The notes beneath the pieces are model-generated. The model worked only from the letters and a program-made list of their open reading frames with translations, was not told the DNA's origin and did not search any database. From Octopus sinensis (Eukaryota), in the NCBI RefSeq assembly GCF_006345805.1, contig NC_042997.1:31434001-31498000 (forward strand): a stretch of 64,000 nucleotides of DNA. The letters are read 5' to 3'. Below are positions 11,440-24,190 of this stretch, piece after piece; positions within the stretch are counted from its first letter, which is position 1; the number at the start of each line of letters is the position of its first letter. Made by a program: the position numbers and the translations under genes.

Positions 11440-12008
11440 TTGGGTTGTCCGGAAAGTTCGTGCCGATATTTAAAGGAAAGAAAAAAGTCAATAAATACTT
11501 GCCATTACCTTTTTAATCAACCAAATATGGACCATTTTGTTGCACAACGCGTCTCCATCTTTCCTTTAACTTGAAAATACCCTCTTCCCAGAAAATTGAG
11601 GTGGTTTCATAGCAAAGAATTCATCGAGGTATCTTTTTACGTCATCCAAGGAATTGAAATTTTTACCATTAAGACTATTCTGCAGAGACCTGAATAAGTG
11701 GAAAACCGAAGGTACAATATCTGGTTAATATGGAGGCTGGGGTAACACATCCCAGCCGAGCTGCAGCAACTTTTGTCTGGTTCCCAAAGTAGCAAGTGCC
11801 GAAAATGAACTTTCTTATCTTCCATTTTAAAGGGTTACAGAATTAACACAGGTTATAGAAACATAAACCTTCTTCCACAAAAAGATAGCTTAAACTGCGC
11901 TCTAAATGGAGGTGTAGTCAAATCCTATTTTATGGACTCAAAGATGTTCTAAAATAAGTCGAAAGTTAAGCTACTATAAATCGGCCACGAACTTTCCGGA
12001 CAACCCAG
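11440..12008 (-). mobile_element. Internally deleted mariner transposon (MITE-like)
   Basis: ~30-bp TIRs TGGGTTGTCCGGAAAGTTCGTG(G)CCGAT at both ends in TA context; minus strand retains transposase N-terminus MEDKKVHFRHLLLWE and a decayed C-terminus. Confidence 0.85.
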
Positions 12009-12009
12009 T

Positions 12010-12047
<38 letters not shown>

Positions 12048-12325
12048 TATTATATATATATATATAATATATGTATATATATAAATACTATTGAGTGTGA
12101 GTGTAGGCAGTACGATGCAGCAATACAAACGTTAGGGGCGTCACACACAATACGTTACAGAAACTAACGAATTACTATCTATCCCGTTGCTTGACCCTGT
12201 TAAAAACCTCTTGAGTCGAATTTGTCTGAAATACTTTTGAACGCTCTACAGAGAATATCTGTTATATACTGGACCTTCCACTAGAAAAAAAAATTAGCAT
12301 TGGTAGCATACAAAAGTTAAACATA

Positions 12326-12495
12326 GGCGCAGGATTGGCTGTGTGGTAAGTAGCTTGCTTACCAACCACATGGTTCCGGTTCAGTCCCACTGCGTGGCAC
12401 CTTGGGCGAGTGTCTTCTACTATAGCTTCGGGCCGACCAAAGCCTTGTGAGTGGATTTGGTTGACGGAAACTGAAAGAAGCCCGTCGCATATATG

Positions 12496-12534
<39 letters not shown>

Positions 12535-12760
12535 TTGTGCGTGTATGTTTGTGTGTCTGTATTTGTCCCCCTAGCATTGCTTGACAACCGATGCTGGTGT
12601 GTTTATGTCCTCGTCACTTAGCAGTTCGGCAAAAGAGACCGATAGAATAAGTACTAGGCTTACAAAGAATAAGTCCCGGGGTCGAGTTGCTCGATTAAAG
12701 GAGGTGCTCCAGCATGGCCACAGTCAAATGACTGAAACAAGTAAAAGAGTAAAAGAGTAA
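12326..12760 (+). mobile_element. SINE family A, full length
   Basis: Head, internal (TA)(TG)n and (TAAAAGAG)n tail; collinear with 2508..2914. Confidence 0.9.
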
Positions 12761-14303
12761 TGGAAAGAACGAACTTTTGTGAAATAAATCACATGAAATA
12801 TACTCCGGCGCATCCGTTTAAGTTGTCTTACTTGAAGCCTATCTATTGTGAACCATCTTTCGTTACTCGATTAGATTCTAATGCACTTCCTCTACGCTTT
12901 CCGTTGCTTTTACCTTTTATCTCTTTCTCCAACCGAGCAGCGTCCACTGATAGTTTAAAGAGGGAACCCTCATTTTGAAGTAATAATTCATAGGTCATTT
13001 AAACGTGTATTCTAATACACATCCAAATTTCATTGGAGAGATTTCCAGCTCGGCCAAATGCCTACGTTACAATTTTGAAACAAATATGCCCTAAACATGG
13101 CATCTTTTTCCGATACTTCCCACTGTCTGTAGCTTCTCCGTTTCTCTCTTTTGCTTTCACGTACAAACACATACAGCCAACACACATTATTACACGTACA
13201 ACGGCATACAAACAGAGATACAGACATACAAACACGAACACGTACAAACAAGTAGAACCAGGTTCAATCATACGCAAACACTTATAAACTCACATACAAA
13301 CTCACACAAGCATAAACACATATATATATATAAAGACACGCGTACGTAAATGTACTATTACATACAGACACATACAAGTCAGTATATTCACACAAACTAC
13401 AACAAAGTATTTTCACACACTAACACCCATTTCTTTCGCTCAACCTTGTTCGCCACCGATTTTCTTCTTTCCCTCTTCCCTCTTTATCGCTATGATATAT
13501 AGATAGTATGCACAATCCAAAGAAAATGTACCGGCCATTATCTGCACGTGTGAGTGTGTGTATATATGCGTGTATATGCGGGCGTGTGCGCATGTGTACT
13601 TCATAGCTTGCTTATGTATGAACGTCTTGTGTGTGCGTGTGTTTTTGTTTGGTCATTTCATAATTATATCTGACTGCGCTTCCATAAATATGTTTGTAGG
13701 CTACCATAAAGCAGTTTGCAAGGCTTCCATAAATATGTTACTTTCTCCGCCATAAATATTTGGGCGGCAAACTATCCAAGCATTGAAGAATCGCATAGAT
13801 TTTACTTTAATAACTGTGACCGAATAACATAAAGGCCAGCCAGTAACATAAACAGAACTAGCACGCGCCATTTTGAGTGGGCGCGCATGTGTGCGTGTGT
13901 ATGAGTGCAAGAGCTTTCATGGTCTTTAGTGCGGCTGTTTGTATGTATATGAGTAAGGAAGTCATTTTGTGCGTAAATTCGTATATGCATACATAGTCAT
14001 AAGCATATATATATATATATATATATATATACAGGTGTTGTTTGTGTGATTCTTGTAAATGTATATACATACACACATTAAGGCACACACATATACGCAC
14101 ATCTGTGTGTGTGTGGTTGAGTGCTTGCGCATGGTTGTGTATGCGTGTATGCTTGAATATACAGAACGCGTGTACTTTTATAAGCATTGCTTATAGATAC
14201 ATCTCCTTTGTATACACGTATATACGTTCGTGTGAGCGTATATTTTTGTCTGTTGGGATGAGTAATGTTGTTTGTGTAGTTCATTTGTGTATTCGTGAAA
14301 GTG

Positions 14304-14394
<91 letters not shown>

Positions 14395-14632
14395 ATATAT
14401 ATGAGTGTGTGTGTTTGTATGCCTGTATGCCTGCATGTATATGTATGTATACATATATATGTATACAGGCACATACGTACAGAAAGGGGCTGAGATAGAA
14501 CGCCTGATACTGTGTGTGTGTGTGTACGCGCCCGCACGTATAAAGGGATAGAAGGCTTGATAAATAGATAAATTGATTTATAGATAAACAGTTAGACAGA
14601 CAATCAGAGAGATATAGATATATCCATGGGTA

Positions 14633-14666
<34 letters not shown>

Positions 14667-14820
14667 TGTGTCTGTGTGTTTAATGTGCGTATAGTTTTGT
14701 ATATGCATGCGTATCTCAGAGTGATTGTGTTTTGGGAATCTCTATGTTCATTCTTAATATTTTCTTCTCTTAACATTCTCCTGAGTTTTCTTACATTGCC
14801 GAAGGAAAAAAGTATGAAAT

Positions 14821-14856
<36 letters not shown>

Positions 14857-15720
14857 CACACACACACACACACATGTATTTATTTATGTGTCTACACAAA
14901 CACACAAATAAATAGTGTTAGAGAAAATACTCAAAATAATGAACGATCGCACTCTAAAACCACTTTGTGGGGTTACAGGTCCCTTGCTCATGCCAGAATA
15001 TATCTGTCTGGGAGAGGATTCGATAGGGTTCCTTAGTTGTGGTGCAGGTGACCTCTTTCCGTTTCCGTTGCTGCCTTGTGAGTAAGTCCACCATTACAAG
15101 TCAGAGTACGTCCTCAGACAAAACAAATTGGCGATGAATTTTAAGCTGTTTTCGGAAAGACAGCATTTTCAGTAGCCTTCCGCGGACTAAGAAGAGTAAG
15201 CAATGATTTGGATCACACTTAATACAGAATGTATAACTTCAAGCAAAGTTTGTAATTCAGGAAAATGCGCACCTCCAATGTTGTTATGAAAGCTTCATTG
15301 CACATGTGTCTTCTCCTGCAATGCGGATGATGAACTTTTGTTCTTAGTCGTGATTGGTCTGGTCTAGTATCACAATCGTCTATAACGATGAAGTACTACT
15401 CCTTACATAGTATTCTTGCCCGTGAGGGCACACAGTAGGAATAACATAAACAGTAGAGACTGATACTCCACTAGTTTCCACGCTGCATTCTGCATGGCTA
15501 TCGCTCTTTATTAAACATAGATATCAAAAAATCCACAATTGAAAAAGATGGACATGTTTGAATTATATGGACAAAAATACCCACGCACACAGCCCACTAT
15601 ATACCTAAGCATAAAAGTGTACGATGACAAAAAGAAGCTCTTCGTCAGAAAGAGGAAAGAGGAAAAAGTTTAGAGAGAAGGAAAAGAATAGAATGAGGGA
15701 AGCACCTGTGTCGTTACATT

Positions 15721-15994
15721 ATATATATATATAAATTACAAAAAACCCACCTTTTTATCAATTCAAAATGAAAAATTAAATTACACCATCTAGAAAATTA
15801 CATATAATAGAAATATTAAATATAAGGTAAAAAATATAACGGTGATTAAGTAATGTGCAAAATAATAAATAAAACGTATATATTTTTACCTTATATTTAA
15901 TATTTCTATTATATGTAATTTTCTAGATGGTGTAATTTAATTTTTCATTTTGAATTGATAAAAAGGTGTTTTTTTTTCTAATTTATATATATAT
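15721..15994. repeat. AT-rich fold-back (inverted repeat, ~115-bp arms, ~40-nt spacer)
   Basis: CACCTTTTTATCAATTC...TAAGGTAAAAA is mirrored almost exactly at 15883-15968. Confidence 0.9.
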
Positions 15995-16100
15995 TATATT
16001 TTGTGAAATTTGATTTAGTATTTCTAAATTGAATTTTCCCCTGTAAGTTTGGAATAATATTCCCTCAAATTATTATTATATGTATATATATATATATATA

Positions 16101-16400
16101 CTAGCAGTATCGCCCGGCGTTGCTCGGGTTTGTTTCGACCCTTTAGAATTGGAATTTTTTAAAAGTAAAAATCTTGCATTATGTAGCTTGTTATTCTTTT
16201 TAAGTGAACATTTTTCTGGTTGGAATACACCGAAAAATGGCGTAAAAAAAACACCTTTTTTTTATGTAAATAATTTTTGGTGTTAATATGATCCTATTTG
16301 AATTTTTTCTGCTACGGAATGAAGAGCAAACCTTCTTCTATTATACTCTCAATTTTGGTCAACATGCGCCGCAGGGTCTCGGAGGAGATAGTGTTAGTTA
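16101..16400 (-). mobile_element. Non-autonomous Helitron, 5'-truncated
   Basis: 3' terminal 33 nt identical to 7562..7594; body matches the reverse complement of 53493..53875. Confidence 0.8.
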
Positions 16401-17101
16401 GCTTAGAGGAGGGAGTGAAAGTCTAGAAAGGTTACAGATTATGGTGGATTTAGTGCTTTCTTATTCCGAAGAAACATAACGGAATGATAGGAAAATAGGA
16501 AAAGCCCAAATAGAGAAAATCAAAGCCAAGACACAGTCGTACATTTATATACAGCACACTAACACACATGCGCGTTTTTGCGCATGCATGAGGACGTACA
16601 AACAAGCAATATACAAGTATATATATATATACTCATGTAGTCTTAGATGAAATTCAAAGACCACCACGCTCAATTAAGTTCTTGTAGCACTGTACGATGC
16701 AAAGTCACAAATTTGATAAGAGTAAAATTCTATGGTATATATGCATGCATACAAGCATACATTCATACATATATACATTCATACATGAATATATACAATT
16801 AATCATACATACATATATGCATGCATAAATACATTCATACATACATATATTCATACATGCATACATACATACATACATACATACATACATACATACATAC
16901 ATACATACACATACATACATATATACATACATGCAGATACGAACATGTGCATGCGTACTCATATATGTTCAAAATGCAAATACTCAATTACACGTGTATA
17001 TATGCATAATACGCGCACGGACACACACATACAAATATACATACATAATTTGAATCAGCTATATAGATGCGTATGCTTGTGTGTACTTATGTGTGAGTAT
17101 A

Positions 17102-17176
<75 letters not shown>

Positions 17177-18217
17177 CAAACATAGATAAATATACACACT
17201 CGCTCTCATATGCACTTGCATAATGGATTCACATTATATATATATATATATGCACATGTGTACGCATGTATGTCTGTGTGTGTGTATAAACACATGTGTG
17301 TTTGAGTATTGGGCTTTGGATATATATATATATATGTTGAGACACACACACACGTTTGTGTGTGGTTGACTGTTTGTTTGTCTCTGTACTGATGTCTATG
17401 GTCTTTGTTGTGTGTATGTGCGTGTATATGCACGCACACATATGCACAAAGACACAGATACACATGTATACACACGTACATACACTTACACCCTCCCCCC
17501 CCTACACACGCGCACAGATACACTTGCACGCACACCCACCCACACACACCGTTCTTGCTCTCTAAGTGTTTTATATCCTGCGTTATGCACGAATTTAAAT
17601 ATCAACAGTGTTGTGTGTATGGTTGTGTGTGAGCGTGTTGCGTGTGTACCTCTGTATTCATGACACGTGGTATTTTGAATACATGCGCTATAATATGTAC
17701 GAATGTCCAGGAGTAGCAAAAGCCGTGGCAGCAGTCGCACCAGTAGCAGTAGTAGCAGAATTATTATTATTATTATTATTATTATTAGTAGTAGTAGTAG
17801 TAGTAGTAGTAGTTGTTGTTGTTGTTGTTGTGGCCGGCAAAGGTTGTGTGGTAGTGGTGGTGTTCGATTGTGGCGTAGTTTTTGCGTGGTGTTTATGTCA
17901 GAGTGCGGTCATATAAATTATCCCTTGTATAAATAAGGTACACCGCTACATCTATGACGTGTGGTCACTTTTTATTTACGTTTAAAAAACTTTCCGTCCA
18001 CTAATCTTTTGCAAGTGTTTGTTTAAGTGATAGATTTAGAAGTGTTTATGAGCCTGTGTATCGCGCACGTAAGGAGCTTGCATGTGTCTATATAATATGC
18101 AGTTCTCCATTTTGTATGTGTGATTGAATATGTGAATGTATGCAAGGGGGGGGGCCTATATTTGTAAGTTTTCCCTACAGGAAACATTACGCATACACAA
18201 ACACGTATGCATACACA

Positions 18218-18420
18218 GGGGCTTTCTCCGTCCGGGTTGCGGATCCGTGGAATAAGCTGCCAGACGAGATGGTGAAGATGCCGACGACCGCTCGGTTTAA
18301 AGTCTCCCTTGATCTCAAGTGGCCTGAACTCTTTACATGAACACCACATTGTACATAACTCCATGTCCCCCTACATGGCCTTGCTTTTTGCTTTTTGAGC
18401 CAAAAAATTAACTAACTAAC
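18218..18420 (+). mobile_element. CR1-clade LINE, 5'-truncated 3' end
   Basis: GAFSVRVADPWNKLPDEMVKMPTTARFKVSLDLKWPELFT* fits the CR1 C-terminal F(S)xRVxxxWNxLP...FKxxLD motif; short 3' UTR with (TAAC)n tail. Confidence 0.8.
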
Positions 18421-18776
18421 ACAAATACAAGCAGACACAAATGCATTCGAAACTTGTAAGTGCACATTTGTGGGCGCGCGCGTTCGTGTAATCAGAGGCT
18501 AAATGACGGAGGGGTTATAGAGTAAAGTTATCAGCTTATGAGTCTAAAGATCGATTCCGTTACGTATAAATCGATATATATCTTATATTTGGAGAGTTCA
18601 ATGAGATCTCAGTGTTTCGTCGTATATTGGACTGTCTCGAATTACCAAGGAATGGGAAGCAGATTTTCGGGGGAAGCTACTTGATAGATTGACAAGATCT
18701 GGGTTCAAACCAAAGAACCGGAGGAGCTTACGATCTCTTTAAACCCTTATAGATATCTTTCAGCTTTGTTTGTCTG

Positions 18777-19119
18777 TTACTTGTTTCAGTCATTAGACTG
18801 CGGCCATGCTGGGGTACCGCCTTGAAGAATTTATTGTCGAATGAATCGACCGCAGCACTTTTCGTTTTTAAGCCACGTACTCATTTTATCGAAATCTTTT
18901 GCCGACCCGCTGAATTACGGCTATGTAAAGACACCAGCACTGGTTGTCAAGCGCTGGTAGAGGACAAACACAGTCGCAAACACATACACACGACGGGCTT
19001 CTTTTCAGTTTCCGTCTTCCAAATCCACTCACAGGGCTTCGGTCGACCCAAGGCTAGAGTAGAAGACACATGCCCAAGGTGTCGTGCAGTAGGACTGAAC
19101 CTGGAACTATGTGGTTGGA
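18777..19119 (-). mobile_element. SINE family A, diverged
   Basis: Collinear with the reverse complement of 12326..12760. Confidence 0.8.
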
Positions 19120-19159
19120 ACTAACATACATACATATATAGGGCAACGAGGCGCTGTAA

Positions 19160-19540
19160 CAAGTACCTTGCTTCCCAGGCACGTGCTTTCATGTTCAGTG
19201 CCACCGTGTGACATCTTTGACAAGTGCCTTTTAATGCAGCGTCGGATCAACCAAAACATTGTGAGGGGATTTGGTAAACGGAAACTGAAAGTGGCCTCGT
19301 GTGTGTGTGTGTGTTTGTCTGTCTGTCTGTCTGTCTGTCTGCGTGTATGTGTGTGCGCGAGTACGTGAAGTGTGTATTTGTGCTTGTGTTTGTTCTCACC
19401 AACGCTTGCTAACCGGTGTTCGTTTGTTTGCCTCCCTGCAATTTAAGAGTTACAAATAAGTAATGGGGTCGATTTACTCGACTAAAACACTTCAGGTGCC
19501 CCAGCGCGGCCGTAGTCCAATGATTGAAAAAATTAAGAGA
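19160..19540 (+). mobile_element. SINE family A, strongly diverged
   Basis: GGATTTGGTAAACGGAAACTGAAAG, internal (TG)n, and GGGGTCGATTTACTCGACTAAA. Confidence 0.65.
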
Positions 19541-19858
19541 TATAAGATAAACGATATGCGTGTATATACATACACATACATACACATGCACATACACATG
19601 TGGGAGTGTTTATGCGTGTGAATGTGTGAATGCGGTTGGGTTTGCGCATGCGCATAGAAGACTTCGCTGACACGTGTTTACGGAGAACTGATTGTGTTTT
19701 ATGTTGACCACCAAACCACTATAACCACAACAATCTAGTTAGTTAGCCATATAATAGATTGATGAATAATGGAGGACTTGAAGAAGACGGAAAGGAGAAA
19801 ATGGAACGTATATGTTATGTACCAGTGTATGTATGTGTGTGCGTATGTGTATGAGACA

Positions 19859-19898
<40 letters not shown>

Positions 19899-21435
19899 AG
19901 AAGAAAGACGAAAGAAAGTGTACGTAGAAGTTTTAGGGATATTTATGCTGACGGCGCTTGCCAACAGCGCGTGCCTCAACTTCAGGAAAACGACAAGTCA
20001 AAGAGAATAGTTACAAGGATAACAACAGTCGTCACAAAAGCAACGGCAACATTTTCCATGATATCACCACCACCACAACCTCCACCACTAACATCATCAA
20101 CAACAACAACAACATCACCGTCGCGATCACCGTCACCAGTATCAGCAGCATTTAACAGAATAACAGTGAAGTGAATGAAAAACAGAAAGCGACCTCATTC
20201 TGTCTACAAATATTTTAAGAGAAGACAATTGCTAAAAGAAAGTTTGAAATTTCGATTTGATTTATCGAGTTGACATCATTGGCGTTCTTTACTTAAACAT
20301 ATTATTGTTGTTGCTGTTCTTGCTGCCGCTGCTGTTGCTGTTGATGATGATGATGATGATGATGTGATGATGATGATGATGTTATTGTTTAGTTCTAAGT
20401 TGGTGCTGATTAAACAAACTCATGTTCAAAGGCATTTCTAAGCATCCTCATCCATCTCTTTCTTTTACTTGGAAGACTATATTATCTAGTATGTTCTTCC
20501 GTTGTTATGATGCTATGGTGTGGTTTGAAAGAAATTTGGCTGTTATTTCTGAAGGTCAAGCAACTGCTAAAGAACGGAGGTGTCAGATATATTTGGATTT
20601 GTGTGCAGGATTGAAACGAGCAGATTTAAAACATAAACTAGATCTTGCTGGCCGGATAGAAACAATTATTCCTAAAAAGAAAATTGCAGCAAAGCTGTGT
20701 GATAGTGTTATCAGACGTGGCATGCAGACCACCATATAACTTGTTTGACATAGCGTTTTTATTCTTCTCTTCCGTGTTATGAATTCAGAGTGCACATGCG
20801 CATTGCGTGTCCATACTTCTCTTTCCAGTTCATATTCAAAACTGTTTATATATCACAACCATCTCACGAACGTGCGATCGAAGTAAAAAAAAAAAAGAAA
20901 GGAGAAAAGACAAAAGGAGAAAAATTGGAACTGAAATCAACAGTGAATATTGAATATGTGTTGTGTGCGATCGTGTCCTGTTGTCAAGAGCAAGATACGT
21001 GAATCATGTGCAGTTACATGAAAATCGAAATGCCCATGCCGGCAATAACCCTGAATCTCGACCACCTCTTGTGTCATATGTCACAAAACTTGTATGACAA
21101 TATCTGGACTTAAAAGACATACGCTTGTTCATAAAAACATTTCTTCAGAATCAGATTCCAAAGAGCAAAGATGTAGAAGAAATTTGAATAATATCTGTCA
21201 CTAATGTTTTAAACTCTGTCAGTCAGTAGCTGACCTTCAAAGTTATCTGAGGACTATATATATATATAATATATAATTAATCAATATAGGGTGGCAAAAA
21301 ATTTTGTAGAATTCTTTTTGCCACCAGCAGCCTAGTGGGAAAAAAATTAAATAAAGAATAATCTTTATTTGCGGTTGAAGCTTTGGCTGTTATTTCTAGT
21401 GGGTGAATGGCCTATTATGGCCGTTCCTTGATTGT

Positions 21436-21478
<43 letters not shown>

Positions 21479-21496
21479 CTCTTCTGTTCGGCATTC

Positions 21497-21690
21497 GCCA
21501 TGGTAGATCGCTAGCCACTAAACATATCTTATTTTCTCTCCTTGTTTCTTTCTGTGTTCCTTTCTGTGGAAGAGCGTAGGCCCGAAACGTTAAAGACTTT
21601 TTAATTTCCTGAGCGTTATACTAATACATCTGTTTTTTTTTGTCTACACCACCAGACTTCGTTTCTTTTTTTTGTGAATTCTCCCTATAT
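21497..21690 (+). mobile_element. Family H short element with hammerhead-like motif at 21556..21597
   Basis: GTT-CC-TTT CTGTGGA A GAG CGTAGG CCC GAAAC GTT AAA GAC; flanked by (TA)n. Confidence 0.7.
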
Positions 21691-22727
21691 ATAATTATAC
21701 AGATGAACAAATTAGATATATCATATATAATAGTTGGGGTATGAAATACAAAATCATCTGATGACGGAGGCTAGTCTTATCCAATATTCATCTCATCCAT
21801 TACGGCCTCATATTGTGATGAACTACATCTACTATCCTTATCATGGATCTCCGATCTCCCAGACACAGTTGTTGGACATAAAACCTTTCTTCCACTCATT
21901 TAATTTTCGCTGTCGAAATAGAGATAAGAATGTGCATTGTCCGTTTGATTGGAAAATTTCTATAAGTGGCTGAAGATTGCTCAACATTTAAAAACTAATG
22001 CAATACTTACAGTGTTTAATAAAATGAAGTAGCATGAAACAATTGTACCACTCTACCTCGGATATACTTGTTGCTTATTTTGATTATAATCACCCCATTG
22101 ATTTATATGGATAATACCATACGAAATTCTGGTGCCTTTGACTTGAGTACCATATTCATCTGAATCTAAATTTTGCTGAACTTAGAGAGATACACATACA
22201 TAATGGTCAAGAATAGAGTTTACACATCTTTAAAATTAATTTAATGGAAATAATTTTCTTTTATATTACATTCTGACATGTGCTTCTGCTGAATAAGTGT
22301 CTTAAGATCCTTTGACCTACGAATTTTGTGCGTTAATCAATTTATATTGTAGACGTTGACAAAGCAGCATTATAAAATGATTTTTCAATAAATTTTAGAG
22401 GTATGTAACTCTCCATTCTTCTTTATTATGTTTTGATAATATACTCTGTTGTTCTGCATGAAATCCTCTGGAGTGAGTTAAAGATTTACCTCTCGAAGGG
22501 AGTACAACTTTATTGTTTATTTGAAACGACTCTAAACGTTTCCTATCATTCGATATGGTTAGACAAATCTGGAATTTATCAGAGTGCTACTAAGGTATCT
22601 TCTCGGATCTAAAGTCCTTATTCCTTTGCGTTATAATTGCTTGAGTAATCCTGAGTACACACTCTCACACACACACACACACATTTATATATATATATAT
22701 ATGTGTGTGTGTGTGGGTGTGTGTATC

Positions 22728-22783
<56 letters not shown>

Positions 22784-22898
22784 TAATAATAACAATAATA
22801 TTAAGGATTAAGGATTAATACGAAGTGACATAACATTACTTCTAATTCCCTTATATATATATAAATGTATACATACATACATAGATACATACATATAT

Positions 22899-22935
<37 letters not shown>

Positions 22936-23151
22936 TCTTTTATTCTTTTATTTGTTTCAGTCATTTGACTGCGATCATGCTGCAGAATCGCCTTTAGTCG
23001 TGCAAATCGACCCAAAGCCTTATTCTTTGTAAGCCTAATACTTATTCTATCGGTCATTTTTGCCGAATCCCTAAGTAACAGGGACGTAAACACACCAACA
23101 TCGGTTGTCAAACGATGGTGGGAGACACACGCAGACACACAAGCATATACA

Positions 23152-23222
<71 letters not shown>

Positions 23223-23229
23223 CTATCTG

Positions 23230-23265
<36 letters not shown>

Positions 23266-23293
23266 CCTACCTATCTATCTATCTATCTATCTG

Positions 23294-23358
<65 letters not shown>
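23152..23358. repeat. (TATC)n upstream of Tx1 copy B
   Basis: Direct reading of the sequence. Confidence 0.95.
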
Positions 23359-23360
<2 letters not shown>

Positions 23361-24048
23361 ATCGTCACTATCGTCAATATTGTCACGCCTCCTTCCTTCA
23401 AACGGGAAGGAAGAGCTATTTTCATCATCCTTGTGGCTATGGCGAAAGAATGTATCTGGTGGACGCGTCTGAAAGGATTGGAGACAAACACTTTCCTCTC
23501 TGGTCAATCTCTCATCAACTTCTTCAAGTACCACTTGAAAAGGAAGTGGAGAGTAGAGAGGCAAGTTTTGTCTAGCGAATGTTTTAAAAAAAGATGGGTG
23601 AATGTAGCAAGAATGGCACGTATGAATGACGAAGCCACCTTGTGCATGGTCCTATGAACCCAGAAATCGAAAACAGAGAGTTGCTTATTTGCAAAAAAAA
23701 AAAAAAAAAAAAAAAGAAATATAAAATGTGACTTCATTGACCGAGGTTACCGTGGTCTTTTCCGTAGGCTTTTCTTTCCACGGGTAAACCTCACCTGTCC
23801 TCCCCTTTACACTTCATATTGACATTTCTGTGATAACGATCCCTATTGATCAATTTTTTTTTCCTCTCCCCCCCCCCTTTTTTTTTTTTTAACCCCCCCC
23901 TTTTTTTTGTCCTCTTTCTCTCCTTTTACGATCCCTTTTGATCGAAACTCCCCTTTCCCTTTTTTTTTTTTTTAAACCTTCAAAAGAAAAGCTCTACCTT
24001 GTAATTTGTTCTATCTGTGTGCAGCCCTGTGTGGCTAATAAAGAAACA
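23359..24048 (+). mobile_element. Tx1 LINE copy B, 5'-truncated (~690 bp)
   Basis: Nearly identical to 251..958; ends AATAAAGAAACA followed by (TATC)n at 24049-24190. Confidence 0.95.
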
Positions 24049-24058
24049 TATCTATCTT

Positions 24059-24090
<32 letters not shown>

Positions 24091-24122
24091 CCTACCTATC
24101 TATCTATCTATCTATCTATCTG

Positions 24123-24190
<68 letters not shown>

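Noticed and set aside
14960-15430. Possible RTE-type RT relic on the minus strand (also a possible RT relic at 22100-22500)
   Set aside because: Only faint motif echoes in broken frames; needs a frameshift-aware HMM search.
20422-20739. 105-aa ORF in non-repetitive sequence
   Set aside because: No recognisable domain; the length is compatible with chance or a decayed transposon.
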